Source: Flavobacteriaceae bacterium (GTDB lineage Bacteria > Bacteroidota > Bacteroidia > Flavobacteriales > Flavobacteriaceae). Taken from it: 32,000 nucleotides of DNA. Within the stretch, counting starts at the first letter, position 1; every line of letters begins with the position of its first letter. Where the stretch lies: the NCBI GenBank assembly GCA_965224465.1, contig OZ245049.1, positions 2,310,001 through 2,342,000 on the forward strand, given 5' to 3'. Under the pieces are notes generated by a model that saw only the letters and a list, made by a program, of their open reading frames with translations, was not told the origin of the DNA and did no database searches. Shown here piece after piece: positions 8,000 through 17,847 of this stretch. Both the position numbers and the translations under genes were made by a program.

Positions 8000-8242
8000 T
8001 TGTTATCTATTTCCTTGCAAAAATACTATTTAAAAGTGACAATAAGCAATGCAAAAGTATCTCAACTATTATAATATTAGATACGCATGTATCAACGTCT
8101 CAACATGTCCATAAATAAGGAGTCCTCAAATTACTGAGCTAACAAATACACAAATAAAAAACAACTATCTTGACTATCCCTCAATATAAAACTCATTTAG
8201 TTAAATAAAGAGAAAAATACAATCTTTTTTTTAATAAAACAG

Positions 8243-8270
8243 TTGGTTATAATTCCTTTGATTACATTTG
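8243..8270 (+). promoter_or_regulatory. Bacteroidota-type promoter for the aminotransferase gene
   Basis: TTG (8243-8245), a 17-nt spacer, then TACATTTG (8263-8270, TAnnTTTG). It lies 32 nt upstream of the ATG at 8302. Confidence 0.45.
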
Positions 8271-8301
8271 TTATTAGATAGTAATTTTATAGTAAAAAAA
8301 G

Positions 8302-9486
8302 ATGACTCAACTTTCAAACAGAATTAACAATTTACCTGTTTCTGCTACTTTAGCAATGGCTGCTAAAGCAAGAGAATTAAAGGAACAAGGAATAGACATT
8401 ATCAGCTTAAGCCTAGGAGAACCAGACTTTAACACTCCTGATTTTATTAAGGATGCTGCCATCAAAGCTGTGGAAGACAACTATAACTCATACAGCCCTG
8501 TAAATGGCTATTTGGACTTACGAGAAGCTATTTGCAACAAGTTCAAAAGAGACAACGGACTGACTTACAACCCAAATCAAATTGTAGTTTCTACCGGAGC
8601 AAAACAATCCATTGCAAATATAGCCATGGTGCTATTAAACCCCGGAGATGAAGTTTTATTACCTGCTCCGTATTGGGTAAGTTATTCTGCAATAACAATA
8701 TTAGCCGAAGCTACTTACGTAGAAATTCCTTCTACTATAGAGACGGACTTTAAAATATCTCCAGCACAATTGGAAGCAGCAATAACTCCTAAAACCAAAT
8801 TAATTTTCTTCAACTCTCCAAACAATCCAAGTGGAACTGTTTATACCGAAAAAGAATACAGAGCCTTGGCGGAAGTTTTAGAAAAACACCCAAATATTTA
8901 CGTGATTTCAGACGAAATTTACGAACATATAAATTATGGGGAACCTAATTTTAGTTTTGCGAAAATAGAAAGTATGTACGACCGTACAATTACAGTAAAT
9001 GGAGTAGCAAAAGCATTTGCTATGACTGGTTGGAGAATTGGATATATTGGAGGACCTGAATGGATTGCTAAAGCCTGTACAAAAATGCAAGGACAAATCA
9101 CTTCTGGAGCAAACTGCATTGCACAACGTGCTACAATTACAGCCTTGGAAGCTCCTGTTTCTAAAATTCAATACATGGTAGATGAATTTCACAAACGCAG
9201 AGATATGGTTTTGGAATTGCTTGGAGCCGTCAAAGGTTTTGAATTAAATACACCTGGAGGTGCCTTTTATGTATTCCCAAACATTTCATATTTTTTCGGA
9301 AAAACACTGAAAGGAAAAACCATAAATAATGCTTCTGATTTTGCGTTATTACTATTAGAAGAAGCAAATGTAGCCACCGTAACAGGTGAAGCATTTGGCG
9401 CTCCAAACTGTCTGAGAATGTCTTACGCTGCCTCAGAAGAACAATTAAGAGAAGCCATCAAAAGAATTAAAAGTGTGGTTGAATAA
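8302..9486 (+). CDS. Pyridoxal-phosphate-dependent aminotransferase, class I (aspartate/aromatic type)
   Basis: Evidence is LSLGEPDF, NGY, NSPNNPSG, the PLP-lysine region NGVAKAFAMTGWRIGY, and the C-terminal RMSYA. Confidence 0.9.
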   Translation: MTQLSNRINNLPVSATLAMAAKARELKEQGIDIISLSLGEPDFNTPDFIKDAAIKAVEDNYNSYSPVNGYLDLREAICNKFKRDNGLTYNPNQIVVSTGAKQSIANIAMVLLNPGDEVLLPAPYWVSYSAITILAEATYVEIPSTIETDFKISPAQLEAAITPKTKLIFFNSPNNPSGTVYTEKEYRALAEVLEKHPNIYVISDEIYEHINYGEPNFSFAKIESMYDRTITVNGVAKAFAMTGWRIGYIGGPEWIAKACTKMQGQITSGANCIAQRATITALEAPVSKIQYMVDEFHKRRDMVLELLGAVKGFELNTPGGAFYVFPNISYFFGKTLKGKTINNASDFALLLLEEANVATVTGEAFGAPNCLRMSYAASEEQLREAIKRIKSVVE

Positions 9487-9514
9487 AATAGCCCAAACGT
9501 CCTAGGACATAAGG

Positions 9515-9680
9515 CCTATTACAATTACAATCCAAAATGAACGATATAAATAATTTATTTTACGTTCTAGCGTTGTTAAAAACAGAACGATAACTAAGGC
9601 TATCCTTCCATTTTTTGCCTAGCTAAAACAAAAATAAGTCCATTTATAAACCGTCACTTAGAAATCTAATTGGTATAACA
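9515..9680 (+). repeat. Dispersed intergenic repeat, copy B (best preserved)
   Basis: CCTATTACAATTACAATCCAAAATGAACGATATAAATAATTTATTTTACGTTCTAGCGTTGTTAAAAACAGAACGATAACTAAGGCTATCCTTCCATTTTTTGCCTAGCTAAAACAAAAATAAGTCCATTTATAAACCGTCACTT plus a tail. It contains the inverted repeat CGTTCT-N15-AGAACG. Confidence 0.8.
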
Positions 9681-9695
9681 CCAACTATTATAACT

Positions 9696-9737
9696 AAAAA
9701 ACCGCCTTTCAGAATTCTGTAAGGCGGTTTTTATTTT
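9696..9737. terminator. Bidirectional rho-independent terminator between the convergent aminotransferase and PiT genes
   Basis: AAAAACCGCCTT (9696-9707) pairs with AAGGCGGTTTTT (9721-9732). T-runs flank the hairpin on both strands. Confidence 0.8.
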
Positions 9738-9750
9738 TATGCTTAGACTT

Positions 9751-12021
9751 TTAATCTACTTTTCTTTCACTGATATAAAACTCGTCATACAATTGTACCA
9801 AGCTCATCAATGCAGTAATTAAATCTTTTGCTTCTAACAAAATACCGAAATACAAGGTGGTGTTTTTAGGACTTGATTCATCGGTACGAATTCTAGAAAT
9901 TTGATTATCTATAGAATCCGAAACAAAATTTAAAAGCTCCTGTTTTTTTAATAAAATCTCACCTAAGTTTTCAAAAGTACGGTCATTAAATTCTGTCTCT
10001 ATAGATTTTAACATTTTAGACAAACCATTACGAATCAAAATTAAATCCTTAATCTGAGATTTTTTCAAATTCTTGTGATTGTTATTCACATGATTATAAC
10101 TCGTTTTAGAAATATAGTTGATAGATTGGGTAATGTCTTGTAAATAACCCAATACTAGAATATAAAATCGACTTGCTTTTACAGAAGAATCATCCAAAGA
10201 CTTGATAAAATAGAACACCTCTGCTCTTAATCGATCTACCTCTTTTTCTAATTTTCTGGTATGTTTTTCAGTTTTTGATAACTTTTTCAAATCGTGGTTG
10301 GATAAATCCTCTACCACATTGGAGAACAATTTATTCACACGTCTTACAACTTCAGAAACATGATCTGAACTTTCGTTCACCACTTCATTAATTGTTATTA
10401 ATTCCGCACGCTCTAATTTTCGCTGTTGTTTCTTTTCTTTAGCTTTTTTAGAAAACTTAATAGAACTACGTCCCAAAAGGAAAAGCACCAAGATAAGCAA
10501 TATAGAAATTGCGACAATCTCTCCTAAATATATTAAATACAAGAACACAAACGACACCGTAAACGCACTGAACGCCGTTAAAAACCAACCTCCAATTACA
10601 TTAAACACACCTGCTACACGGTACACAGCACTTTCTCTTCCCCATGCTCTATCCGCCAATGAAGATCCCATAGCAACCATAAACGTAACATACGTCGTAG
10701 ATAAAGGAAGTTTATAAGACGTTCCAATAGAGATTAAAATACCTGCAACAAATAAGTTAACAGATGCTCTTACTATATCAAATGCGGGCAATTCGTAGGA
10801 CTTGTCTTGAGGCAAATTAATCACAGGTTTTTGAAACCTTGTATCAATCCATTTTAAGGCTGCGTCTGGCACCACTTTTCGCAATCCTATATTAAAAATA
10901 ATAGCTCCCCTTACCATTGTTCTTGATGCAGCATTGGCTTCAAAGCGCTCATGCCCTTCACCCTGTCTGGATAAAGACAAGCCTGTTTCTATCACTGCTT
11001 GTGCTTTTTTAGAGAACCACAAAGTCAATACCATAATCCCACCAGCTAATAGTAATAGGATTGTATTCCCTTCCACTTTATTTTCTAAAATCCCCATAGA
11101 AAATGCATTTGCAAAGGTAGTTGGATCCAATGCATCATACTGACTAATCCATGCTTCATAAGAATTCCATGCTGCAATAGGCACCCCTACAAAGTTTACC
11201 AAATCGTTTCCTGAAAAGGCCATAGCCAAGGAGAATGTTCCGATTACAATAATAAACTTTAATATATTTACTTTAAACAAAGAGATTAGCAATTGAGAAA
11301 TCACTGTCCAAACTATAAAACCATAGGCTAAAATCTGAATTGTTTTCCCTTCAAACAAATGCCTAACATCTTCATAATACGGAGTTCCTTTCATTCCTTT
11401 CACAAAAATAAAATACGTAATAGCAGTAATTGCAAAACCTCCAAACAAAGCACTCACATATCCCTTTCTTTTTTCTAAATGAAAAGAATACAGCAAACGC
11501 GATAAAAACTGGACCAAAGCACCAATAGAAAAGGCGATAAAGACCGATAATAGAATCCCAAAGATAATTAACATGGCTTTATCCGAATTAATATACTTTC
11601 CTAATTCTGAAAAAGATTCTTTATTATTAGACATCTTAATTAAAGACATAGACACGGCAGCCCCTAACAATTCAAAAACAATTGAAACCGTAGTTGATGT
11701 TGGCATCCCAAGTGAATTAAAGACATCTAATAATAAGATATCCGTAATCATAACTGCCATAAAAATGAACATAATTTCATTAAAATAAAATTCGCTCGGC
11801 ACAAAAATACCTTTCCGTGCGACCTCCATCATCCCACTAGAAGTAATAGCTCCAACAGCAACCCCCACACTGGCAATTACCAAAATTGTTTTTACAGGTA
11901 TGGCTTTCGAACCAATGGCGGAATTTAGAAAATTCACGGCATCGTTACTCACTCCTACCACCAAATCAATGACCGCTAATACTGTTAGCGCTACAAGCAT
12001 TAAAATGTAAATATTATCCAT
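9751..12021 (-). CDS. Inorganic phosphate transporter (PiT/PHO4 family) with a C-terminal PhoU-like cytoplasmic domain
   Basis: The N-terminus GVSNDAVNFLNSAIGSKA and the internal FSGNDLVNFVGVPIAA are the duplicated PHO4 GANDVAN-type motifs, set among many TM segments over ~520 aa. The last ~230 aa are hydrophilic and helical. Confidence 0.88.
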   Translation of the reverse strand: MDNIYILMLVALTVLAVIDLVVGVSNDAVNFLNSAIGSKAIPVKTILVIASVGVAVGAITSSGMMEVARKGIFVPSEFYFNEIMFIFMAVMITDILLLDVFNSLGMPTSTTVSIVFELLGAAVSMSLIKMSNNKESFSELGKYINSDKAMLIIFGILLSVFIAFSIGALVQFLSRLLYSFHLEKRKGYVSALFGGFAITAITYFIFVKGMKGTPYYEDVRHLFEGKTIQILAYGFIVWTVISQLLISLFKVNILKFIIVIGTFSLAMAFSGNDLVNFVGVPIAAWNSYEAWISQYDALDPTTFANAFSMGILENKVEGNTILLLLAGGIMVLTLWFSKKAQAVIETGLSLSRQGEGHERFEANAASRTMVRGAIIFNIGLRKVVPDAALKWIDTRFQKPVINLPQDKSYELPAFDIVRASVNLFVAGILISIGTSYKLPLSTTYVTFMVAMGSSLADRAWGRESAVYRVAGVFNVIGGWFLTAFSAFTVSFVFLYLIYLGEIVAISILLILVLFLLGRSSIKFSKKAKEKKQQRKLERAELITINEVVNESSDHVSEVVRRVNKLFSNVVEDLSNHDLKKLSKTEKHTRKLEKEVDRLRAEVFYFIKSLDDSSVKASRFYILVLGYLQDITQSINYISKTSYNHVNNNHKNLKKSQIKDLILIRNGLSKMLKSIETEFNDRTFENLGEILLKKQELLNFVSDSIDNQISRIRTDESSPKNTTLYFGILLEAKDLITALMSLVQLYDEFYISERKVD

Positions 12022-12161
12022 TTTTTAATCAATATAATTTCTTCAAAAATACGCCGTTCATATTATGTGTATGTTAAGTTAATGTTATCAAGTTTTAATG
12101 AATATTAATTTCCAGATTCTTTTTGTACATTTAGATCTATTAATTTAAAATTCAAATTGTT

Positions 12162-12362
12162 ATGGCAATAATGAAAGTCATTGAAGTACTTGCTAATTCT
12201 GACAAAAGTTGGGAAGAAGCAACAAGAAAAGCTGTTAAAAACGCTGCGAAATCAGTAAAACACATAAAATCAGCCTTTGTACAATCACAAAGCGTGGTTG
12301 TAAATGATGACCAGGTAATGGAATTTCGTGTTAATTTAAAAATAACATTCGAGGTTAAATAG
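12162..12362 (+). CDS. Dodecin-family (flavin-binding) small protein
   Basis: The 66 aa sequence VIEVLANSDKSWEEATRKAVKNAAKSVKHIKSAFVQSQSVVVNDDQVMEFRVNLKITFEV matches the dodecin pattern (V.E..G.S..SWEdA...Av..A.ktl..i....V.......v.dg.i.eyrv.lkvsF). Confidence 0.8.
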   Translation: MAIMKVIEVLANSDKSWEEATRKAVKNAAKSVKHIKSAFVQSQSVVVNDDQVMEFRVNLKITFEVK

Positions 12363-12382
12363 TACAATTTTATATTTATTTT

Positions 12383-12416
12383 AAAGCACATTGGAAAATT
12401 TCAATGTGCTTTTTTA
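12383..12416 (+). terminator. Rho-independent terminator after the dodecin gene
   Basis: AAAGCACATTG (12383-12393) pairs with CAATGTGCTTT (12402-12412), followed by a T-run. Confidence 0.8.
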
Positions 12417-12476
12417 TTATATTTGAATTTTAAACTACACAAACGTTCATTTAATTGAACATAACATCTACTTAAA

Positions 12477-14597
12477 ATGACACGAATATTTTTATTGTTA
12501 TGCATTGTATTCACAAGCTGTCAAGGTCAAAATACTGAAACCATGAAAAAACATAAATTTACGAATGATTTAATCCATGAATCAAGCCCATATTTGTTGC
12601 AACATGCGCACAACCCCGTACATTGGAAAGCATGGAATCAGGAAACATTGGATTTAGCAAAAAGAGAAAACAAATTATTACTGATATCCATAGGATACTC
12701 ATCTTGCCATTGGTGCCATGTAATGGAACATGAAAGTTTTGAGGACGAGGAAGTAGCAGCGATAATGAATGCTAATTTTATTTGCATAAAAATAGACCGA
12801 GAAGAGCGCCCAGACATAGATCAAGTATATATGGATGCCGTTCAATTAATGACAGGGCGTGGTGGTTGGCCGCTAAACTGCATCGCACTACCCAATGGAA
12901 AACCATTTTGGGGAGGAACCTATTTCCCAAAAGACAATTGGATGCACTATTTAAAAGAAATTTCTAATTTATATGCAACCAATCCAAAAAAAGTAGAAAA
13001 ACATGCCCATGAATTAACTGAAGGTGTAAAAAACAAAGATGTAGTATCTATAAATACAAACACCTTTACTGCGGACCTCTCAACATTGACCCATGTAGTT
13101 CAAAACTGGCGATCTCAAATGGATCATACAAACGGAGGAAGAATTGGAGCACCAAAATTTCCAATGCCTCATAATTTTGATTTCTTATTAAGATATGCCA
13201 TTCAAACAAATGATCCTTCTATTTTAGCATACGTAAATACATCTCTAATAAATATAGCACAAGGAGGTATTAATGACCAAATAAGAGGTGGTTTTGCACG
13301 ATATTCCACAGATAAAAAATGGCATGTACCTCATTTCGAAAAAATGCTTTACGACAATGGGCAACTTGTAAGTTTATATGCCAATGCCTATGCAGCAACA
13401 AAAAACAAACTCTACAAAGAAACTGTTTATGAAACCCTCGCATTTATTGAGCGTGAATTATTAACCTCCGAAGGAGCTTTCCAATCCTCGCTAGATGCCG
13501 ATAGTTTAACCCCTACAGGAGTACTCGAAGAAGGAGCGTACTATGTTTGGAATAAAGAGGAATTAAAAAGTTTACTAAATTCAACCTTCGACTTATTTAC
13601 TGATTACTACAATATAAACAGTAAAGGTTATTGGGAACATGGCAACTATGTACTCTGCCGTAAAGGACCCGAAAACTCTTTTTTAAAGAAACATAATATA
13701 AGTAGTACCCAATTAGAAAACTATAAACAATCTTGGAAAAAAACACTACAAAATGCACAAGAAAAACGATCTCGACCCCGTTTAGACGATAAAATATTAA
13801 CGTCTTGGAACGCATTAATGCTCAAAGGATATATAGATGCTTATAAGGTTTTTGGAGATGCTAATTTCTTAAAGATTGCGATTAAAAATGCAGTGTTTTT
13901 AAAATCCAAACAAATCCAAGAAAACGGGAATATCAACCATACATACAAAAACGGAAAAAGCACTATTAATGGCTACTTAGAAGACTATGCAACTGTAATT
14001 GATGCTTATATTTCCTTGTACGAAGCAACGCTAGATGAACAATGGTTACATACAGCTAAAGCATTAACCGATTATAGTTATGATCATTTTTTCAATACAG
14101 AAAATCACTTATTTTTCTTTACTTCTGATGAAGACCAAGCACTTATTGCTCGTAAAATAGACATTGATGACAATGTTATTTCTTCATCAAATTCTATCAT
14201 GGCAAGAAACCTTTACAAATTAAGTCATTATTACTCCAACAGTTATTACTTAAAAACAAGTAAACAAATGCTAAGTAATATAATTGACAAAGCTATTTCC
14301 TACGGTTCTGGATATAGTAACTGGCTACAACTCTACAGTGATTTGACGGGTAATTTTTACGAAGTTGCGGTAACTGGAGAAAAATCCTTAGCGTTTATTA
14401 ACGAAATAAACAAACAATACTTGCCCAATAAAATTATAGCTGGCGCCAAGTACAGTTCAAAACTCCCCATACTAGAAGGGCGCTTTACAAAAGAGGAATC
14501 TTTACTATTTATTTGCGTAGATGGCGCTTGTAAACTACCTGTTCACAATGTTCCAAAAGCCTTAGAATTATTGGATATAAATTTCAACAAAAAGTAA
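12477..14597 (+). CDS. Thioredoxin-domain protein of the DUF255/YyaL (SSP411-like) family, probable lipoprotein
   Basis: Evidence is [17 protein letters not shown] ... [19 protein letters not shown] ... [11 protein letters not shown] ... GGWPL, followed by a ~450 aa alpha/alpha-toroid-like region. The N-terminus [10 protein letters not shown] looks like a lipobox. Confidence 0.85.
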   Translation: MTRIFLLLCIVFTSCQGQNTETMKKHKFTNDLIHESSPYLLQHAHNPVHWKAWNQETLDLAKRENKLLLISIGYSSCHWCHVMEHESFEDEEVAAIMNANFICIKIDREERPDIDQVYMDAVQLMTGRGGWPLNCIALPNGKPFWGGTYFPKDNWMHYLKEISNLYATNPKKVEKHAHELTEGVKNKDVVSINTNTFTADLSTLTHVVQNWRSQMDHTNGGRIGAPKFPMPHNFDFLLRYAIQTNDPSILAYVNTSLINIAQGGINDQIRGGFARYSTDKKWHVPHFEKMLYDNGQLVSLYANAYAATKNKLYKETVYETLAFIERELLTSEGAFQSSLDADSLTPTGVLEEGAYYVWNKEELKSLLNSTFDLFTDYYNINSKGYWEHGNYVLCRKGPENSFLKKHNISSTQLENYKQSWKKTLQNAQEKRSRPRLDDKILTSWNALMLKGYIDAYKVFGDANFLKIAIKNAVFLKSKQIQENGNINHTYKNGKSTINGYLEDYATVIDAYISLYEATLDEQWLHTAKALTDYSYDHFFNTENHLFFFTSDEDQALIARKIDIDDNVISSSNSIMARNLYKLSHYYSNSYYLKTSKQMLSNIIDKAISYGSGYSNWLQLYSDLTGNFYEVAVTGEKSLAFINEINKQYLPNKIIAGAKYSSKLPILEGRFTKEESLLFICVDGACKLPVHNVPKALELLDINFNKK

Positions 14598-14643
14598 CAG
14601 AATCAATATTTTTAAGTAACTTACTAACTATAAACACTTCTAA

Positions 14644-15330
14644 ATGAATTCAATAAAAAAACATCCAGTCCTACTCATCGCATTGTTTTGCGCACAATTT
14701 ATGTACAGTCAATTTACGGAGATAGGAGACGCCTATAACAGATTTGACTCCAGTGTAAAAACATTTGATATTTCCAACGAGCCTGTAGACGGTTCTCCAT
14801 ACCTATACAAGGAATACAGCCCTGCAAAAATATCATTACTTACAAATATTTGCCTCGTAAACTTTGATGCTTATTTGGATAATATGGAGATTGAAAGGAA
14901 TGATAAAATCTATTATTTACCAAAAAATGATTTCACCTACACCATAAAATTTCAACATTTAAAAACAACATACCAACTTTTTAACTTTGAAAAAAGGAAG
15001 CTAATAACTCCAGGTTTTTTTGTAGTCCTTAAAAAAGAGAAAGACTTTTATTTACTAAAGAAACAAAAGATCAAAAAATTAGAAGCAAAAAAGGCAAAGA
15101 ATGGGTACGATAAATCACGCCCTATCACATTCATAAAGACAAAAGATAGTTATTACATATCCTTCAAAAACCACAATGCTCTAAAAATACCGAGCAGTAA
15201 AAAGCAATTTTCATTACTCTTTACACCTCACAATAAAGAAATTTACACCTATATAAAAGAACATAGAATAAATCCTAAAAAAGAAAAAGATCTATTAAAA
15301 GTATGCAATTACTACACAACAATAAATTAG
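14644..15330 (+). CDS. Hypothetical secreted protein (Lys-rich)
   Basis: The 228 aa ORF has a signal-peptide-like N-terminus (KKHPVLLIALFCAQFMYSQ). I recognise no motif. Confidence 0.55.
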   Translation: MNSIKKHPVLLIALFCAQFMYSQFTEIGDAYNRFDSSVKTFDISNEPVDGSPYLYKEYSPAKISLLTNICLVNFDAYLDNMEIERNDKIYYLPKNDFTYTIKFQHLKTTYQLFNFEKRKLITPGFFVVLKKEKDFYLLKKQKIKKLEAKKAKNGYDKSRPITFIKTKDSYYISFKNHNALKIPSSKKQFSLLFTPHNKEIYTYIKEHRINPKKEKDLLKVCNYYTTIN

Positions 15331-16001
15331 GATTTCTTTTTAGAAGTATCCATAAAGTCTTTTAAATAAAAAGGTTCAAAATAAGCGACATCTTCTGTGT
15401 CGCTTATTTTATATTTTTCAAAAGAAAGAATTGCCATTTCTTGAGCAGAAGGAAAAGCATTGTCTATAAAAACAGCATTTTTATGGTTAATTACTCCCTT
15501 ACATTTTTCGGCGCCATCCCCTATAAAGACAACCTCACCTTCAGATAAGTAATTCGAGAAGGAATCCTGATCAATAATTTGCGCTTCTATAACTCTAACA
15601 AGTTCATACTCCTTATTGTAAACAGCACTAAAAACTTCCATACGCCTTGCATCAAGCATTGCCACAATAACACCGCTAGTAATCGCAGTTTTGGTTGCTA
15701 AAATTTTAAGTGTAGACACAGAAATTAATGGAATTCCCAATGCATAACAAAGACCTTTAGCGGCAGAAACTCCAATTCTAAGCCCCGTATAAGAACCAGG
15801 TCCTTTCCCTACTGCAACCGCATCAATATCACTGATTTTTAAGCCTATTTCCTCTAATAATTCACCTATAAAAACATGTAATTTTTCGGCATGAGAAAAG
15901 CTTCCTGAGTTCAATTCTTTTAAAGCAATTACCTGTCCATCTTTGGCAATACTCGCCGAACAATTTTTTGTAGAAGTTTCAATATTTAAGATATAAGCCA
16001 C
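15327..16001 (-). CDS. tsaB: tRNA t6A37 biosynthesis protein TsaB (YeaZ)
   Basis: ILNIETSTKNCSASI ... AVGKGPGSYTGLRIGVSAAKGL are TsaB/YeaZ hallmarks. The start is probably the GTG at 16001 (V-AYILNIETS), not the ATG at 16049 used in the ORF track. Confidence 0.85.
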   Translation of the reverse strand: MAYILNIETSTKNCSASIAKDGQVIALKELNSGSFSHAEKLHVFIGELLEEIGLKISDIDAVAVGKGPGSYTGLRIGVSAAKGLCYALGIPLISVSTLKILATKTAITSGVIVAMLDARRMEVFSAVYNKEYELVRVIEAQIIDQDSFSNYLSEGEVVFIGDGAEKCKGVINHKNAVFIDNAFPSAQEMAILSFEKYKISDTEDVAYFEPFYLKDFMDTSKKKS

Positions 16002-16049
16002 GTGTAAAATTTTAGACTGCAAATATACATATTTGCACGGCATAAACAC

Positions 16050-16084
16050 AACAGCCCTTCAAAGTATTGCTTTAAAGGGCTGTT
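16050..16084. terminator. Hairpin downstream of the TolC-like gene
   Basis: ACAGCCCTT (16051-16059) pairs with AAGGGCTGT (16075-16083) around a 15-nt loop. The U-tract is poor on either strand. Confidence 0.35.
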
Positions 16085-16197
16085 CTAAATAAAATTTATG
16101 TTGTAATATCAATTAAATGGAATTGTTTCTTAGCATACAATGCGACACTATTTAGCGATAAGTCGGAATCATATATCAACACAAGAAGCACAATTGC

Positions 16198-17568
16198 TTA
16201 TTTAATCACAATAGGAATCCCATTATAGAAATCAAGTAACTTAGTTTTAAATATATAGTTGTACTTAGCATTGATCAAACTAGACTGTGCAGTAACCATT
16301 CTATTTCGAACTTGGTCAAAATCAAAAGAAGTCATGACTCCTAAACTATAACTCTCTTGTGCATTTTTAAATGATTCCTCTTGAGATTTTAAGGATTTTA
16401 AGGAAACTTCGTATTGTTTTAGAGCTGCAATAGAATTTACAAATGCGCGCTCTATTTTTTCTCTTAACTTAATTTTTTTATCTTCCAAATCATACAAGGC
16501 TACTTCCCTTCTAATTTTGGCTTTACTAACGTTAATCTTATTTCTAAAACCGTTAAAGATGGGCACATTTACGGATAAACCAACATTATACCCTAAATTT
16601 TCCTTTAATTGTTTTCCAAAACCATTTGGAACATATCGTGCCTTATTCGTAACAGGATCAAGCACCAAGCGCTGATCTTTAACGCCTTGTCTATGTTGGT
16701 AAGAAGTTCCAACACCACCCCCTAAAGAAACCGTAGGTAAAAAACCAGTTTTCGCAATCGCAATATCATAGACTGTATTTTCTGCTTTCAATACCGCACT
16801 TTTAATCTCTGTTCTAATCTCAAGAGATTTCTTAAATATTTGATCTGTATCACTCTGTGTTAACGCTGCTGTAGCAACCTCAATAGCCACCTCTTCTGTA
16901 TCAAAACCAACATGAGGAACTTGTAATAACTGAGCTAAAGACAACAAGGATAGCGTCAAATTATTTTCAGCAGTAGTTACCTTCTCTTCGTCGTTTGCTA
17001 AACTTGCTTCAGACTCATACAAATCAGCTTTTGGACGTGTACCTGCCTCTATAAGCATGGACATATTAGACAATTGTTTTTGACTGATACCCAATTGCTC
17101 TTTCGCAACTTTTATATTTTCTTTATTAAACAAAACATTCAAAAAGTAATTGACTACCAATAAAGAAATATCATCTTTTTGCGTAGCTAAATCCAATGCA
17201 CCTACTTTAGCATTTCGACGTGATAGTTCCAAGGTTAATTTATTCCGAGTTCCATTAAACAACGTAACACCTGTATTGATCCCAAAATTATTCCCTCTAC
17301 TATCCGCAGAAATACGCTTTCCATCTTGACCTATATAAGAACCAAAATTAAAATTCTGAGAAGCAGATCCCGAAACCGTAGGTAAAAAGTTAGCTTTTGC
17401 AGTTTCAATATCTTTTTTTTGTAAATCTAAAGATAAAGCTCCTTTTTTGAGCTGAATATTATTCTCTAGAGCTTGTTTTACACACTGTTCAAGTGTCCAT
17501 TTTTTCGATTGCCCCATGGTAGAAAGCCCTACCAATAGTGCTATTGTCATCAAAATTTTAGTTCTCAT
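16198..17568 (-). CDS. tolC: TolC-family outer-membrane efflux protein
   Basis: It has a signal peptide, then WTLEQCVKQALENNIQL and a two-fold repeated coiled-coil/beta architecture over 456 aa, typical of Bacteroidota TolC-like OMPs. Confidence 0.85.
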   Translation of the reverse strand: MRTKILMTIALLVGLSTMGQSKKWTLEQCVKQALENNIQLKKGALSLDLQKKDIETAKANFLPTVSGSASQNFNFGSYIGQDGKRISADSRGNNFGINTGVTLFNGTRNKLTLELSRRNAKVGALDLATQKDDISLLVVNYFLNVLFNKENIKVAKEQLGISQKQLSNMSMLIEAGTRPKADLYESEASLANDEEKVTTAENNLTLSLLSLAQLLQVPHVGFDTEEVAIEVATAALTQSDTDQIFKKSLEIRTEIKSAVLKAENTVYDIAIAKTGFLPTVSLGGGVGTSYQHRQGVKDQRLVLDPVTNKARYVPNGFGKQLKENLGYNVGLSVNVPIFNGFRNKINVSKAKIRREVALYDLEDKKIKLREKIERAFVNSIAALKQYEVSLKSLKSQEESFKNAQESYSLGVMTSFDFDQVRNRMVTAQSSLINAKYNYIFKTKLLDFYNGIPIVIK

Positions 17569-17637
17569 GTAGTTGAATATTTTTTATAAGACGATTCAAT
17601 ATATTATTTGTAACAGTAACAAGCTCTTATAAAAATG

Positions 17638-17847
17638 TTAATTTTTCTGTTTTCGTATATATTTATAAAGAACAAACAGCAATACACCCATTAAAAGATA
17701 CGGAAATACCATTAAATACATGATTCCTGAATTAATACCTTCAGCCATTTCTGGGTTTCCAGTTTCTATCACTGCTTTACACATGGCACATTGAGAAAAT
17801 GAATCTAAACCAATCAACATTATAAAAATAAAAGTGATTTTTTTCAT
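17638..17847 (-). CDS. Small membrane peptide with a CxxC motif (69 aa)
   Basis: The sequence is MKKITFIFIMLIGLDSFSQCAMCKAVIETGNPEMAEGINSGIMYLMVFPYLLMGVLLFVLYKYIRKQKN. The ATG at 17847 overlaps the stop of the DUF420 gene (TAATG). It has an N-terminal signal/TM and a C-terminal TM. The longer 91-aa ORF-track version overlaps the upstream gene and is unlikely. Confidence 0.55.
   Translation of the reverse strand: MKKITFIFIMLIGLDSFSQCAMCKAVIETGNPEMAEGINSGIMYLMVFPYLLMGVLLFVLYKYIRKQKN

Noticed and set aside
8908-9192. - strand ORFs 8908-9192 and 8934-9119
   Set aside because: They are antisense to the aminotransferase gene and have Cys/Phe/Ser-rich nonsense composition.
9590-9612. ACTAAGGCTATCCTTCC in repeat copy B superficially resembles the TAAGGCTAGTCCG nexus of Cas9 tracrRNAs
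   Set aside because: The match is short, is not conserved in copies A, C and D, and there is no cas9 or array in the window. I treat it as coincidence.
10934-11788. + strand ORFs 10934-11143 and 11573-11788
   Set aside because: They are antisense to the PiT transporter gene.
12152-12391. 79-aa - strand ORF
   Set aside because: It is antisense to the dodecin gene, which has a clear family match and its own terminator.
12782-13815. ORFs 12782-12967 (+, alternative frame) and 13597-13815 (-)
   Set aside because: They lie inside the DUF255 thioredoxin-domain gene, in an off-frame or antisense position, with Arg-rich or nonsense translations.
17770-17790. CAMCK read as a c-type heme attachment site
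   Set aside because: Heme c sites are CxxCH. CxxCK is known only in specialised multiheme enzymes, and this 69-aa peptide has no other heme-protein features. A metal or thiol role is more conservative.
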